DNA of 64,000 bases, taken from the NCBI GenBank assembly GCA_051653165.1, contig JBOFVP010000168.1:12857-76856 (forward strand), given 5' to 3'. Shown here piece after piece: positions 29,403 through 40,179 of this stretch; within the stretch, counting starts at the first letter, position 1, and each line of letters starts with the position of its first letter. The notes beneath the pieces were generated by a model. That model saw nothing but the letters and a program-made list of their open reading frames with translations. It had not been told where the DNA came from and searched no databases. The position numbers and the translations under genes were made by a program. The DNA comes from Clostridium sp. Lineage in GTDB: Bacteria; Bacillota; Clostridia; Clostridiales; Clostridiaceae.

Positions 29403-29906
29403 TTACCCCTGTATATCTAAATTAAACATGTATATTGCAGTTCCTTGATCCCATTTCCCTTCAACTTTAAAGGTTGCTTGACCAAGGGATGATGGTATAG
29501 GTATACTAACTTCACTATTAACCACTTCAAGCTTAGCCTCATTAGGTAATATCATTCTTACCGTATAACTTTTTGGTTCACTTCCAAATTTAAAACTTAA
29601 CTTATTAGCAGAGCTTACTGTAATTGATGGTGCTGTCTTTACAACATCCTGCTCATCCATAAGTGTTTTTATTTCATTTTTTTCATTATTATTTGATTCT
29701 GTATATGTCCAATCATATTTTTGAAGTATTGCCTTTTGGGCGCTATCCCCTGCCATAACTTGAAGTTCTGGCGGTGTTTGAATATTCTCTTCTACTTTTT
29801 TATTTCCTGTATCATTTGTTTTTTTTGCTGCCTTATCTGTATTTCCAGAACATCCTACTAAAAAGATCATACATGGAAGTATTAGAAATGCAATTATTTT
29901 TCTCAT
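29403..29906 (-). CDS. Lipoprotein of unknown function
   Basis: Signal peptide with LVGC lipobox. Confidence 0.8.
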   Translation of the reverse strand: MRKIIAFLILPCMIFLVGCSGNTDKAAKKTNDTGNKKVEENIQTPPELQVMAGDSAQKAILQKYDWTYTESNNNEKNEIKTLMDEQDVVKTAPSITVSSANKLSFKFGSEPKSYTVRMILPNEAKLEVVNSEVSIPIPSSLGQATFKVEGKWDQGTAIYMFNLDIQG

Positions 29907-30054
29907 TTGATCACCTCATTAAAATTTGTTCATTTTTATTTTTTCCAATTATTAAAAAGTTATGCAAATAAATCTTATCTATTGTAACAAATTTCTACAT
30001 TAAGAGTACTATATACTATAAAACAAATAAACAAAGGAAAAGGAGAGATATACT

Positions 30055-30258
30055 ATGTCAAGAAGACGTAATTGTGGATGCAACTGCTGTCAACCATATT
30101 ATAATAATTGTGGATGCGGTGGATTTGGAAACGGTGGATTCGGCTGTGGTGGCGGATATGGCTTTGGATTTAACAACCCACTAATTTGGTTACTACTTTT
30201 ATTTGGTGGATTTGGATTTGGCGGATTCGGTGGAATGGGCTGCGGAGGCTTCTTCTAA
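30055..30258 (+). CDS. Small Cys/Gly-rich protein (probable spore coat/exosporium component)
   Basis: CGCNCC, GGFG repeats and a central PLIWLLLLF hydrophobic stretch; AAGGAG RBS. Confidence 0.65.
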   Translation: MSRRRNCGCNCCQPYYNNCGCGGFGNGGFGCGGGYGFGFNNPLIWLLLLFGGFGFGGFGGMGCGGFF

Positions 30259-30429
30259 GATACCCTTTAAAGGTGTAATACTAAATTATTAAATTCAAAA
30301 ATTTAATTGGTATTAAAGATACTGAGGTTGATATTTTCAATCTCAGTACTTTTTATATAGAAATATAAAATTCTTAATAAAAAAAGAAACCTGTGAAGGT
30401 TAATTCACAGGCTCTAAGACATTTGGAGG

Positions 30430-31470
30430 TTAAGCTACTAATTTGATTATATACTTAATTAATTTATATGATACAACATATGCAATTATGCTTGGAATAA
30501 CAGATAAAATATATCCTTGCCCCTCTCCAAAAATCACAGTATAATTTGCAAAGCTATATAGCATTATAAATATAAATTGTGCAAAGCTCAAGCTTATTAA
30601 AATAACAATTCCCTTCTCAACCCAAGGAAAAGTAAATAATTTATTTGTTTTCTCAATTTTGATCTTTCTACTTAAAATCTCAATTATTATTAGTCCAATT
30701 ATTATACAGCTAATTAAAGTTATAATACCAACAATAAAATATCCCCTAGTTGAAAGGATACCATAATAATTATAATTTGGACCAAATAAAATTGATTCAA
30801 TACCTTGAGTTATAACAAACATTATCTCATTTATAATGTTTATAACTATACGATTATAGCCAACTATTGCCCCAATACTTTCAGTCATATTCATAATATT
30901 AAATAAAATTGCTACTGGTACCATTATTACAGCTAATCCTGTTAATATAATATTTGAAAATAGGAAATCAAATAAAACTAAATACACAATAAATGTACTT
31001 CCAATTAATAATATTGCAAAAGCAACACTCATTACACCCTCAAAGTAACCATTTATTAATAAAAGTTCATTACTAAATTTTATTGATACACATATTGATA
31101 GATATAAAAATATTAATATTAATCCAAATAATGAACCAAATAATGCAACTAAGTCATTAATATAAACTTTTCTTTTGTTAAATGGCCCACTAAACAGGAA
31201 GGAATACTTGTTTCTTTTATTAACACCTTTATTAAATAAATAAATTGCAAAAATAATTACTACTAATAATATATTTATCATTTCAACATTAAATAATATA
31301 TTATTACTAGCAAATGCACTTACTTCCACACCAGCAAAAATAATTGAATCCATTAATGTTGAATATATAACAATACCCCATAATAATGATAATATTCCAA
31401 GTAACCACTTACCTATATAAAACCATTGAAAAAATAAAGCCTTACTTAAATATTTCTTCATAAATATCAT
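30430..31470 (-). CDS. ABC transporter permease
   Basis: Multi-TM, FLFSGPFNKR motif, overlaps the ABC ATPase gene. Confidence 0.75.
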   Translation of the reverse strand: MIFMKKYLSKALFFQWFYIGKWLLGILSLLWGIVIYSTLMDSIIFAGVEVSAFASNNILFNVEMINILLVVIIFAIYLFNKGVNKRNKYSFLFSGPFNKRKVYINDLVALFGSLFGLILIFLYLSICVSIKFSNELLLINGYFEGVMSVAFAILLIGSTFIVYLVLFDFLFSNIILTGLAVIMVPVAILFNIMNMTESIGAIVGYNRIVINIINEIMFVITQGIESILFGPNYNYYGILSTRGYFIVGIITLISCIIIGLIIIEILSRKIKIEKTNKLFTFPWVEKGIVILISLSFAQFIFIMLYSFANYTVIFGEGQGYILSVIPSIIAYVVSYKLIKYIIKLVA

Positions 31471-32335
31471 CTCCCCCTACTTCGTGTATAAATATGTCTT
31501 CAAGGGATAACTCTATTTCATCTATTAAAATAGGCTTAAGATTTAATAATTTATTGTTAAATTCATCACAGTAATTATTAGTTACAATAGTAAACACTTT
31601 CCCAACCTTAGTTATCTTAATTACTCCATCATAAAATAAATCTTCTTCATAAGTTGGTGCATCAAAAGCTACTTGGATTTTTTTAACCTTATTCTTAAGA
31701 TCCTTAAGGGTACTATTGTTTGTTATTTCCCCATTTTTTATAAATATAATTGAATCACATATTTTTTCAAGGTCTAATAAATGGTGGGAGCTCATTATAA
31801 TAGTTCTACCTGCACTTTTTTCCTTTAATAAAAGTTTAAGTAATCCATTTTTTATAATAGGATCTAATCCTGAAGTAGGCTCATCAAGTATTAAATACTC
31901 TGTATCTTGGCAAAGAGCAATTAATAAAAACACTCTCATTTTTTGACCTTTTGATAGCTGAAATAATCTCTTATTTAAATTTATTTCGAATAATTTATTT
32001 ATTCTTGCAAGCTTATCATGATTAATGAAACCATACGCTAATTCATAAAACTTTATAATATGTTTTACCTTATAAGAAGAAAAAAACTGATTTTCATCAG
32101 CTACATAAGAAATCTTCTTTTTTGTAACTTCATTATCATAGACCCTTTGCCCATCATAAAGTATTTCTCCCTTAGTATTTTCATAAATTCCTGTTAAACA
32201 TTTTATTAAAGTCGTTTTTCCAACACCATTAGGACCAACTAGTCCAACTATAGTCCCTGCCTCAATATTAAAATTCATATCATTAAGTATTATGTTTTCA
32301 TCTATCTCCATAGATATATTATTAACCTTTATCAT
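31442..32335 (-). CDS. ABC transporter ATP-binding protein (YtrB-like)
   Basis: GPNGVGKT, LSKGQ, LILDEPTSGLD, SSH. Confidence 0.92.
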   Translation of the reverse strand: MIKVNNISMEIDENIILNDMNFNIEAGTIVGLVGPNGVGKTTLIKCLTGIYENTKGEILYDGQRVYDNEVTKKKISYVADENQFFSSYKVKHIIKFYELAYGFINHDKLARINKLFEINLNKRLFQLSKGQKMRVFLLIALCQDTEYLILDEPTSGLDPIIKNGLLKLLLKEKSAGRTIIMSSHHLLDLEKICDSIIFIKNGEITNNSTLKDLKNKVKKIQVAFDAPTYEEDLFYDGVIKITKVGKVFTIVTNNYCDEFNNKLLNLKPILIDEIELSLEDIFIHEVGGDDIYEEIFK

Positions 32336-32868
32336 TGGTCCCCTCCATAATACTCACTTTTATTTGTTGTTTCATAAATAATATAATCTATTACAAAACC
32401 CTCACCCTCATCAATAAAAACTAATTCAGCATTAATGCTTTCTTTCACACCATCATTTTCATCATACTCATATATGCTCTTATAAACATTAGCTTTTACT
32501 ATCATAGGAATCCTCTTTGATGATGGATTATATCCTTTGATATTTTTGCACTTATTTTCATACTTACTTAAAATTCTTTTTTCATCTTCCTTAGAAATCT
32601 GAATAATTTCATCAAAGTGAATTTTTTCAAAATTAATACTACTACCATAAACCCTTTTCCTTTTAGATACAGCTTCTTTTAAGTGAGTAGATTCTTCATA
32701 ATTAAAATTATTTCTAACCATTAATGGCTTATTATCTAAGTACTTTACCACCTCTTCAGGTGTATTAAAAACCTTTTCCTTAATAAAAGTATTCTTGCTC
32801 TTTATACATAACATTGAAGTGAGCATAATAAAGACCCCTACTAATATTAATATATTTGATTTCTTCAA
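32332..32868 (-). CDS. Exported hypothetical protein coupled to the ABC operon
   Basis: Signal-like N-terminus; TTG start with GGGGAAGG RBS; ATGA overlap with the ATPase gene. Confidence 0.7.
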   Translation of the reverse strand: MKKSNILILVGVFIMLTSMLCIKSKNTFIKEKVFNTPEEVVKYLDNKPLMVRNNFNYEESTHLKEAVSKRKRVYGSSINFEKIHFDEIIQISKEDEKRILSKYENKCKNIKGYNPSSKRIPMIVKANVYKSIYEYDENDGVKESINAELVFIDEGEGFVIDYIIYETTNKSEYYGGDQ

Positions 32869-32962
32869 AGTCCTTCCCCCTTTTCTTCTATTTAAGTTTA
32901 ATATGTAAAGCTTTATTATTCAAGAAATTATATCTTATAATATTCTTAAAGATTTCTTAACA

Positions 32963-33589
32963 TTAGTAATTAGTATTACATATACTATTTAGCTTTTTTA
33001 AAATTATTCCATATTCTTCATTAATATAGGCGGAATTAATTAGTTCTTCATAAGAAATATCATTTATTTCTTCCTTTAATATTTCTTTCATTCCATCACC
33101 ATAAATCTTATACAAAATCGTAGAAAATCCCCTTTTAATCAATTCATAATCGACTTCTGAGTCATTATTAAACTTAATAATATCACGATTGACCTTTTCA
33201 ATTATACCATAAAGTTGATATAAATGACTTAATTCCTTTAATGAATACTCATCACTTAATGAAGATAGCGCATTTGCATAATGCTTATTTAATGGTAGTA
33301 TATAAAAATATATTTTATCAATTTCATTATTATTAATTCCTCTAATGGATTGAAAAATAGCAGTTGAGATATCTAACCTTATTAGATTACCATTTAATGA
33401 TTTTTCTTTTCTACTCTTCATTTCATCAAGTTCTCTATCCTCTTTTCTTATATTAATTTTCTCCTTATAACTCTCTGTATGCATCTTTTTATTTATTAAC
33501 CAACTAAAAAATGCACCTACAAGAGAGCCAACAACTATTGAAATTGCTGAAATTATTGATGTTATTATTGGCATTGGTAATGTGTTCAT
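32963..33589 (-). CDS. Hypothetical protein with N-terminal TM helix
   Basis: AGGAG RBS, single hydrophobic segment. Confidence 0.7.
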   Translation of the reverse strand: MNTLPMPIITSIISAISIVVGSLVGAFFSWLINKKMHTESYKEKINIRKEDRELDEMKSRKEKSLNGNLIRLDISTAIFQSIRGINNNEIDKIYFYILPLNKHYANALSSLSDEYSLKELSHLYQLYGIIEKVNRDIIKFNNDSEVDYELIKRGFSTILYKIYGDGMKEILKEEINDISYEELINSAYINEEYGIILKKLNSICNTNY

Positions 33590-33675
33590 ATTATCACTCC
33601 TCTCAAATATATTTTTTCATAAATACTTAAGTAATATTCCCTATAGAATAAAAAAGACTCCTATCACTAGAAGTC

Positions 33676-33861
33676 TTAAAAATATTCGTTCATCATTCTC
33701 TTTTTATAGCACTCATATGAACAATATGCAATTTTATTTACTGTATCAACATAACAATTTGTGGAATCTATTATATTTTTACATTCTAAACATACAACCT
33801 CTTCATCCTTATCATCATAGAAATCCTCTTCTATTGAATCTATTGTTTGAAAAAATTTCAT
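33676..33861 (-). CDS. Small zinc-finger-like (TRASH/MYM-type) protein
   Basis: CLEC...YCSYEC; AGGGAGG RBS. Confidence 0.65.
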   Translation of the reverse strand: MKFFQTIDSIEEDFYDDKDEEVVCLECKNIIDSTNCYVDTVNKIAYCSYECYKKRMMNEYF

Positions 33862-33884
33862 AAATAAATTCCTCCTTATACTTA

Positions 33885-34316
33885 TTATATGTAAATTACT
33901 TTGATTAAATCTCTATAATTTTCATCTAATGAATCTAGTAATTCTAACATTTTCTTATCAAGGTATTCTACTGTAAAATCCTCTTGAAAATTTAATCTAC
34001 TCTCTACACAAACAAAATTGTTATCTATGGTATATTCATAAGTTCCCTTATTATTAATCCTTGTACATTCTTTTAATATTTCCTTATTCTTATTAAGCCC
34101 CCCAATATAAATGAACTCCTTAGAACCAATTTTTACTTTTGTATCATCTTCGCTAAATTTAATAAAAACATTTAATAATAACTTTGTATTTTTTAATTTT
34201 TTTATTAACTCATAGCATACTCTTCCATCATCTCTCTTAGTTTCTTCAACAACTATATCCCTCTTTAATATATGATTTTTATAAACTAAAGAATTAATTG
34301 ATACCATTTCAAACAT
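33885..34316 (-). CDS. Hypothetical protein (possible YbjN/T3SS-chaperone-like fold)
   Basis: Size and the ILKECTRINNK...YTID pattern; weak resemblance only. Confidence 0.5.
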   Translation of the reverse strand: MFEMVSINSLVYKNHILKRDIVVEETKRDDGRVCYELIKKLKNTKLLLNVFIKFSEDDTKVKIGSKEFIYIGGLNKNKEILKECTRINNKGTYEYTIDNNFVCVESRLNFQEDFTVEYLDKKMLELLDSLDENYRDLIKVIYI

Positions 34317-34548
34317 CTCCCATCTAGCATTTTATCACTTTTCTATTTTTTGGTAAATATATTTTATAAATTTCTTACTTTTAATCTACTATAATAATAA
34401 AATAAAATGTAAAACTTTTGTTACTAAATATTTATATTAACTTTAGGTAAGTTTTATTCCCTTATTAGGAGTTATTGTGAATTATTTGTAATTAAACTAT
34501 TATTTATGTTAAGATTGTAAGATAAATAAATTTTAACGGGGTATTATT

Positions 34549-35901
34549 ATGAATGAGAAAAACACAGGATTAATGACAGAGGGTCCTATATTAAAAAAAT
34601 TATTAGCATTTGCATTTCCACTTCTTTTAGGTAATTTATTTCAACAGCTATATAATACGGTTGATTCTGTTATTGTAGGAAAATATATTGGCAGTGAAGC
34701 TTTAGCATCTGTAAATTCTTCAGGTCCAATTATTAACTTATTAATAGCTATGTTTATGGGTGTTTCCATGGGCGGAAGCGTTATTATATCTCAATATTTT
34801 GGAGCTAAGAATAATAAAAAGTTAAAATTAGCTCTACATACAACGGTAGCCTTTGCTCTAATATCAGGATTTATATTAACATTTATTGGAGTAATTTTTT
34901 CTCCAACAATTTTAAGAGCCATGGGTACACCTGAGGATATAATGGACAAGTCATCCTTATATCTTAGAATATACTTTAGTGGTATTTTAGGAATAATAGT
35001 TTATAACATATGTAGTGGTATTTTAAGGGCTGTTGGTGACTCTAAAAAGCCTCTTTATTTTTTAATTGTTTCTTCACTTGTAAATATTATTTTAGACCTA
35101 ATTTTTGTTGTTAACTTAAATATGGGAGTTGCTGGTGTGGCTTTAGCCACTTTAATTTCTCAGTTTATTAGTGCATCTTTAGTTTTATATGTTCTTGTTA
35201 GAACTAAAGAAGTATATTCACTTAAAATTAAAGAAATTAAAGTACATAAAGAATATTTAAAGAAAATTATACGGATTGGTTTACCTAGTGGATTACAAGG
35301 ATCTATTGTTTCTTTTTCAAATGTTGTGGTTCAAAGTAACATAAACAATTTTGGTGCCATTGCCATGGCTGGATGTGGTTCATATACTAAAATTGATGGC
35401 TTTGCTATTCTTCCTATTATGAGCCTTTCTATGGCTCTTACTACATTTACTGGACAAAATATTGGAGCTAAACAATATGATAGAGTTCATGTTGGCTCTA
35501 AGATTGGCCTTAAGCTTACTGTTATAATAACATTTACTATTTCAGGATTCTTGTATATTTTTGCTCCACATGTTTTAAAAATATTCTCTAATGATCCTGA
35601 AGTTATTAAGTATGGTGTTTTAATGCTTCAAACTCTTGCACCTGCTTATATTTTCTTGGCTACTTCTAATGTACTTTCTGGAATATTACGTGGTGCTGGA
35701 AAAACTACGGTTCCTATGATCGTAATGATTGCATGTTGGTGTTTTATGAGAGTAGGTTGGATTCTCGTACTAGTTCCTATTTTTAACGACATTAGAGTTG
35801 TATTTGCAGCTTATGCTGTTACTTGGGTTTCAAGTGCAGTAATTTTATATATTTATTTCAAAAAATCAAACTGGATTAGCTCTTTAAGTGAACATAAATA
35901 A
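34549..35901 (+). CDS. MATE family efflux transporter
   Basis: LFQQLYNTVDSVIVG, LRAVGDSKKPL, GVAGVALATLISQ; about 12 TM. Confidence 0.94.
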   Translation: MNEKNTGLMTEGPILKKLLAFAFPLLLGNLFQQLYNTVDSVIVGKYIGSEALASVNSSGPIINLLIAMFMGVSMGGSVIISQYFGAKNNKKLKLALHTTVAFALISGFILTFIGVIFSPTILRAMGTPEDIMDKSSLYLRIYFSGILGIIVYNICSGILRAVGDSKKPLYFLIVSSLVNIILDLIFVVNLNMGVAGVALATLISQFISASLVLYVLVRTKEVYSLKIKEIKVHKEYLKKIIRIGLPSGLQGSIVSFSNVVVQSNINNFGAIAMAGCGSYTKIDGFAILPIMSLSMALTTFTGQNIGAKQYDRVHVGSKIGLKLTVIITFTISGFLYIFAPHVLKIFSNDPEVIKYGVLMLQTLAPAYIFLATSNVLSGILRGAGKTTVPMIVMIACWCFMRVGWILVLVPIFNDIRVVFAAYAVTWVSSAVILYIYFKKSNWISSLSEHK

Positions 35902-36039
35902 GTATCATTATACTCTATTACCAATATTAAATTTTAAATCGCCCTTAAAAGAGAATAATAGTTAAATCTTATTCTCTTTTTTATGCTTTGATAATTTGGA
36001 TGTAAAAACCCTACCACTAAACTTAAGTAATACTATAAA

Positions 36040-36150
36040 TTACTTTATAGATCTAATTGCAGTATAAAATTGATTTAATCCCTTAAATGTAGGCTCCTCA
36101 CCTTTTTTTATACACTCTTCAACATATGTTTTTAATATATAAATACTCAT
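36040..36150 (-). CDS. Unannotated 36-aa protein MSIYILKTYVEECIKKGEEPTFKGLNQFYTAIRSIK
   Basis: Read from sequence: GAAAGGAATG RBS region, ATG at 36150, TAA at 36040. Confidence 0.65.
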   Translation of the reverse strand: MSIYILKTYVEECIKKGEEPTFKGLNQFYTAIRSIK

Positions 36151-36313
36151 AATAATCATTCCTTTCAATGGTTATTTTTAAGTATATGTATTAAAACATA
36201 TGTTAAGAACTATATTTTAAAAATTTAAAAAGAAAAAGAATAGGTAAACTCGCCCTACTCTTTTTGCATATTTATTATTTTACAGATCTTAAATCGTTAT
36301 TCATATGTATCTA

Positions 36314-37240
36314 CTATTTAAAAATCATAAATATAAACAATTCTATACTGATTATAAGGTGAAAAGCTCTAATTAGAATTAATGGTCTTGTTCCCCACTC
36401 TTTGCCCATTTCTTTATAAACTTGTTCAATTTTATAATAATCCTTGTACCATTTAATATATCCATAATAATAGAAAATAAAAATACCTGATAAAAATACT
36501 ATTATGTTTATTTTATTTAAAAGGAACATTGTAGCAAAACATATTACCATAATAATCCCTTCAGGTATTATTACCTTAATAGAATTTCTAAATCCGATAA
36601 CATGAGGGAGTGTTGTTCTTGACCCTCTATCCTTTTCAATATCTGATGTATTATTTGTAGACATTAAAAATATAGTCATTATCATTGATATGATAGATAA
36701 TAATACAATATCAAATGTTATAAACCCTGTTTGTATGTATGCTGATACTAAACTACTAATAAGACCAACAAACACGCCTGAAACCAATTCTCCAATTGGA
36801 TAAATTATGTACGGCTTTGGTCCTAATGAATAGGTTATTGCAGCAAAAAAACTAACTACTCCTATAAAAAATATTTTTTTGCTTCCTGTTAAAAAAACTA
36901 TTATCATACCACAAAAAGTACTAATTGCAAGTAATGCAAGCATAACTATTAATGCATCTGCCAGGGTAGCATCCCCTCTAACTAAACCTTCACTTCCTTG
37001 ATGATTCGTAGAAGTATCTTCATTTTTTTCCCTTTTTATATATGCCCTTATTTCATTTGCAACATTTGCAATTAAATTAAAACAAAATCCTGTTATAAAC
37101 ATAAATATCAATAGTGGTATATTCAGTTTACCAACTAAATAGGCCCCATATATGCCAGAAGACAATACAGGAAATCCAGTCGCAAGTCCTGTTCTTACTT
37201 CCATAACTGTATACGCTCTTTGAAAAAAATTTTTCTTCAT
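36314..37240 (-). CDS. UbiA-family prenyltransferase (MenA-like)
   Basis: Multi-TM; YSLGPKPY, GELVSGVFVG, NNTSDIEKD..RTTL motifs. Confidence 0.82.
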   Translation of the reverse strand: MKKNFFQRAYTVMEVRTGLATGFPVLSSGIYGAYLVGKLNIPLLIFMFITGFCFNLIANVANEIRAYIKREKNEDTSTNHQGSEGLVRGDATLADALIVMLALLAISTFCGMIIVFLTGSKKIFFIGVVSFFAAITYSLGPKPYIIYPIGELVSGVFVGLISSLVSAYIQTGFITFDIVLLSIISMIMTIFLMSTNNTSDIEKDRGSRTTLPHVIGFRNSIKVIIPEGIIMVICFATMFLLNKINIIVFLSGIFIFYYYGYIKWYKDYYKIEQVYKEMGKEWGTRPLILIRAFHLIISIELFIFMIFK

Positions 37241-37368
37241 ATCTATTTTATTCCTCCAGAAGGTATTACTTTACATATGCTTTGTAAAAATATTACTATC
37301 AATACAAAAAAAGAAAGAGAAAAATTTTTTCCTTATATAATCCATTCTCTTTCCTACTTGTTAAAACA

Positions 37369-37682
37369 TTAACCATTATAGCAACGAAAAATATATTTGT
37401 AAATACAAGAAGATGATAAAATGCACACCTCTCTAGAAAGTAATTTATATAATGTAATTTCTTTTCCTTTCATAGATCTTAAGGATGCCCTTAAACAACC
37501 ACTCATTACAATAATCATCCCTTGACACCCTGTACTTTTGTCTATAGTACTTTGACTTGTTAAAAAATTACCCTTAATACTTCTATAGTTAAACTCTACT
37601 TTTTCATCCTCTGTAACTTTAGTGTAAAAAACTATATTTTTTAAAAAAAATCTATTATATCATATATATCCAATTCTATCAT
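37369..37682 (-). pseudogene. Crp/Fnr-family regulator N-terminal fragment
   Basis: Minus frame translates ...GCQGMIIVMSGCLRASLRSMKGKEITLYKLLSREVCILSSSCI then stops; no in-frame start (break near the poly-A run at about 37643-37650); no HTH. Confidence 0.65.
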
Positions 37683-37706
37683 AACATTATAGTTATTTTA
37701 TTACCC

Positions 37707-40064
37707 TTACCTCTTTCTGTTAATAATGTAATCTAAAAGATATTTCAAGAAGTCATTACTTATACTAATATTTTCAAGGACACTATAAGCTTCTATGTAA
37801 TGATTCCACATTTCTTTCTTAGCACCATCTAATCCTAAAATAGTAACAAATGTTGATGAGCTATTTCTCTCATCTACCTTTGTTAATTTACCTAAATAAT
37901 TACTATCTCCTTCTAAATCTAAAATATCATCTTTAATTTGAAACATTATTCCAACGTGATATGAGAATTTCTTAAATAAATCTCTTTCTTTTTCAGAAGT
38001 CCCTTTTAGAATAGATGGCATAATGAATGATGCCTCAAAGGCTAATCCTGTTTTATAAAAACATAGTTTATTTAATTCCTCTAAAGATAAGTCTTTTCCT
38101 TTAGAGGTTAAATCCATAACTTGTCCCTTGCACATATCTTCTGTTGTTTTACATGCATAATTCACTAGTTCAGAAATAACCTTAGTATCTACATCCTTTA
38201 TCATTGTTAACTCTCTTATTGCTCTCTGAGTTAAATACAATCCTGATAACTCACTTATCCCTGTGTTGTACACCTCATGTAAGGTTTTTCTCCCCCTTCT
38301 CATTGTAGCATTATCTTGTGATGGTAAATCATCAAATATTAATGATGCTGTATGCATATACTCTAGTGTTTTTAATACTGGTTCTATTTGCTCTACTTTT
38401 ATATCAAATTCATCAACACCGATTAAGTATGCTATTACTGGTCTAAGTCTCTTCCCTCCACCTAAAAGACTATAATTTGATGCATCAACTATTGTGCCAT
38501 AATCTTCTTTTATATATAGAATATTATTAACTTTATCCTTAATTAACTCGAATTTGTTTTTAAATTTATCAATATCTTCCTTTTGTTTTTTTAATCCACT
38601 TGCTATATTATCCCTTAAAAGCTTATCAAGGAAGTCTATGTTATTTGCTTTTACAATTTGTGTATTAAACTCATTTAATAATTTTTTTGAATCTCCTAGT
38701 AATAAATGCATTATCTCATTAAATTTATGTTCTCCAATTTTTTCTTTAAATCTTCTAAGTCCATTAATTACCCTTGAAAATATAACATCCTTTGTTTTTT
38801 CATCTCCACCATATATGTTAAAGATTAAGTTGTAAACTACCATTAAATATAGTTTAAATGGATTTATAACACTATTATCTTCCTTATTATATCTTAAAAA
38901 ATATGTGTATGGTGTTAAAGAGTTCTTTTGTAAGTCCTCAAACATATCAGCAAAATCATCAGATAGCTGATTATAAATTCCATAATAGAAAGTTCTTTTA
39001 TCAAAATCACAATCCTGTTCTACGCCAGTAACAGCCCTAGCAATTAATCTAGAATATGAAGATTTTAAAATTACTGGTATTATAATATTTTCGTTAGTGT
39101 ACTTTTTATTCAAATCCTTAACTCTATCAACTTCTTGTGAATTAAAGAATATATATGCTTGATTTAAAAAGTTTTCAAACACTCGTGGTGTCTGATTATC
39201 TTTAATAAACAAGAAAGCCTCTTTAAGTTCCTTTTCAACAAACTCCATTAACTCTTTATTTTCACTATTCCACTCTCCAAACTCTGGCACTTCTCCTGTT
39301 GTTAAACTTTCTTTTATAATGTTTGAATAACGCATTTCTTCATCTTCACTTAAAATATTAGCATCAAAAATATCGTCAATAAATGGATATGTTAACCCAT
39401 AGGCATAGCCTAATCTAATGGCTCTCTCTAATCTGTTTTTCTTCTCCTCTTTAGATATTCCTTCATCCATTATTTCTGTTTCATGCATCATAACCCCAAG
39501 AATTATTTTTATTAATTTTCTCTGAGCATGTTCATAACTCATTTTATCTGGTATATTTTCAGATACTAACTTTAACTTCTCAAATAACCATATAGCAGTT
39601 AATTCTGTATTCTCCTCTTGAGATTTCTTATAAAATGACACCTTCATATCTTCATTATAGTCATTCTCCTTATTTTCTTTTGTTAATGTATCCATTAACT
39701 CTTTTACACTTTTATTAATTGAATTAGTTGTATTAATATCTGTTAAATCTTTACCTAAATCTCTCATATAAATATAAGATATACTCCTATCTAAATAGTT
39801 TTCTAGGCAATTAGATTTTTCTAACCATTTTATGTATTTACTATATTCATTAGTTTTCGGTTTCCTTTTTTCTGAATATATTATTGACGTTATCATATTA
39901 GTATTTCTATGTCTTTTTCTCCATAATTTTAGTTCTACTATTAACTTATTAAAGTGTTCCTCATTTTCTATAAATCTATTTAAGGAATTATAATATTCTA
40001 ACGCTCTTTTTTCAGCTAATTCGTAAGAAAGTTGTTTTTGGTTAGTCTTTTCGTTATTATTCAT
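37707..40064 (-). CDS. Two-domain isoprenoid synthase: N-terminal class I synthase-like domain fused to an FPP/GGPP synthase
   Basis: C-terminal GGKRLRP, DDLPSQD..RRG, KTG, FQIKDDILD; N-terminal extra DDIFD and NQLSDDFAD motifs. Confidence 0.85.
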   Translation of the reverse strand: MNNNEKTNQKQLSYELAEKRALEYYNSLNRFIENEEHFNKLIVELKLWRKRHRNTNMITSIIYSEKRKPKTNEYSKYIKWLEKSNCLENYLDRSISYIYMRDLGKDLTDINTTNSINKSVKELMDTLTKENKENDYNEDMKVSFYKKSQEENTELTAIWLFEKLKLVSENIPDKMSYEHAQRKLIKIILGVMMHETEIMDEGISKEEKKNRLERAIRLGYAYGLTYPFIDDIFDANILSEDEEMRYSNIIKESLTTGEVPEFGEWNSENKELMEFVEKELKEAFLFIKDNQTPRVFENFLNQAYIFFNSQEVDRVKDLNKKYTNENIIIPVILKSSYSRLIARAVTGVEQDCDFDKRTFYYGIYNQLSDDFADMFEDLQKNSLTPYTYFLRYNKEDNSVINPFKLYLMVVYNLIFNIYGGDEKTKDVIFSRVINGLRRFKEKIGEHKFNEIMHLLLGDSKKLLNEFNTQIVKANNIDFLDKLLRDNIASGLKKQKEDIDKFKNKFELIKDKVNNILYIKEDYGTIVDASNYSLLGGGKRLRPVIAYLIGVDEFDIKVEQIEPVLKTLEYMHTASLIFDDLPSQDNATMRRGRKTLHEVYNTGISELSGLYLTQRAIRELTMIKDVDTKVISELVNYACKTTEDMCKGQVMDLTSKGKDLSLEELNKLCFYKTGLAFEASFIMPSILKGTSEKERDLFKKFSYHVGIMFQIKDDILDLEGDSNYLGKLTKVDERNSSSTFVTILGLDGAKKEMWNHYIEAYSVLENISISNDFLKYLLDYIINRKR

Positions 40065-40179
40065 ATTTGCCCATCCTATTTCTAAATAATCAAATCTATA
40101 TTTTTTATTATATTATTAAAACATTTACTACAATATACTATTATTTTAATTATAAACCATTTTACATATAAATATAGTT

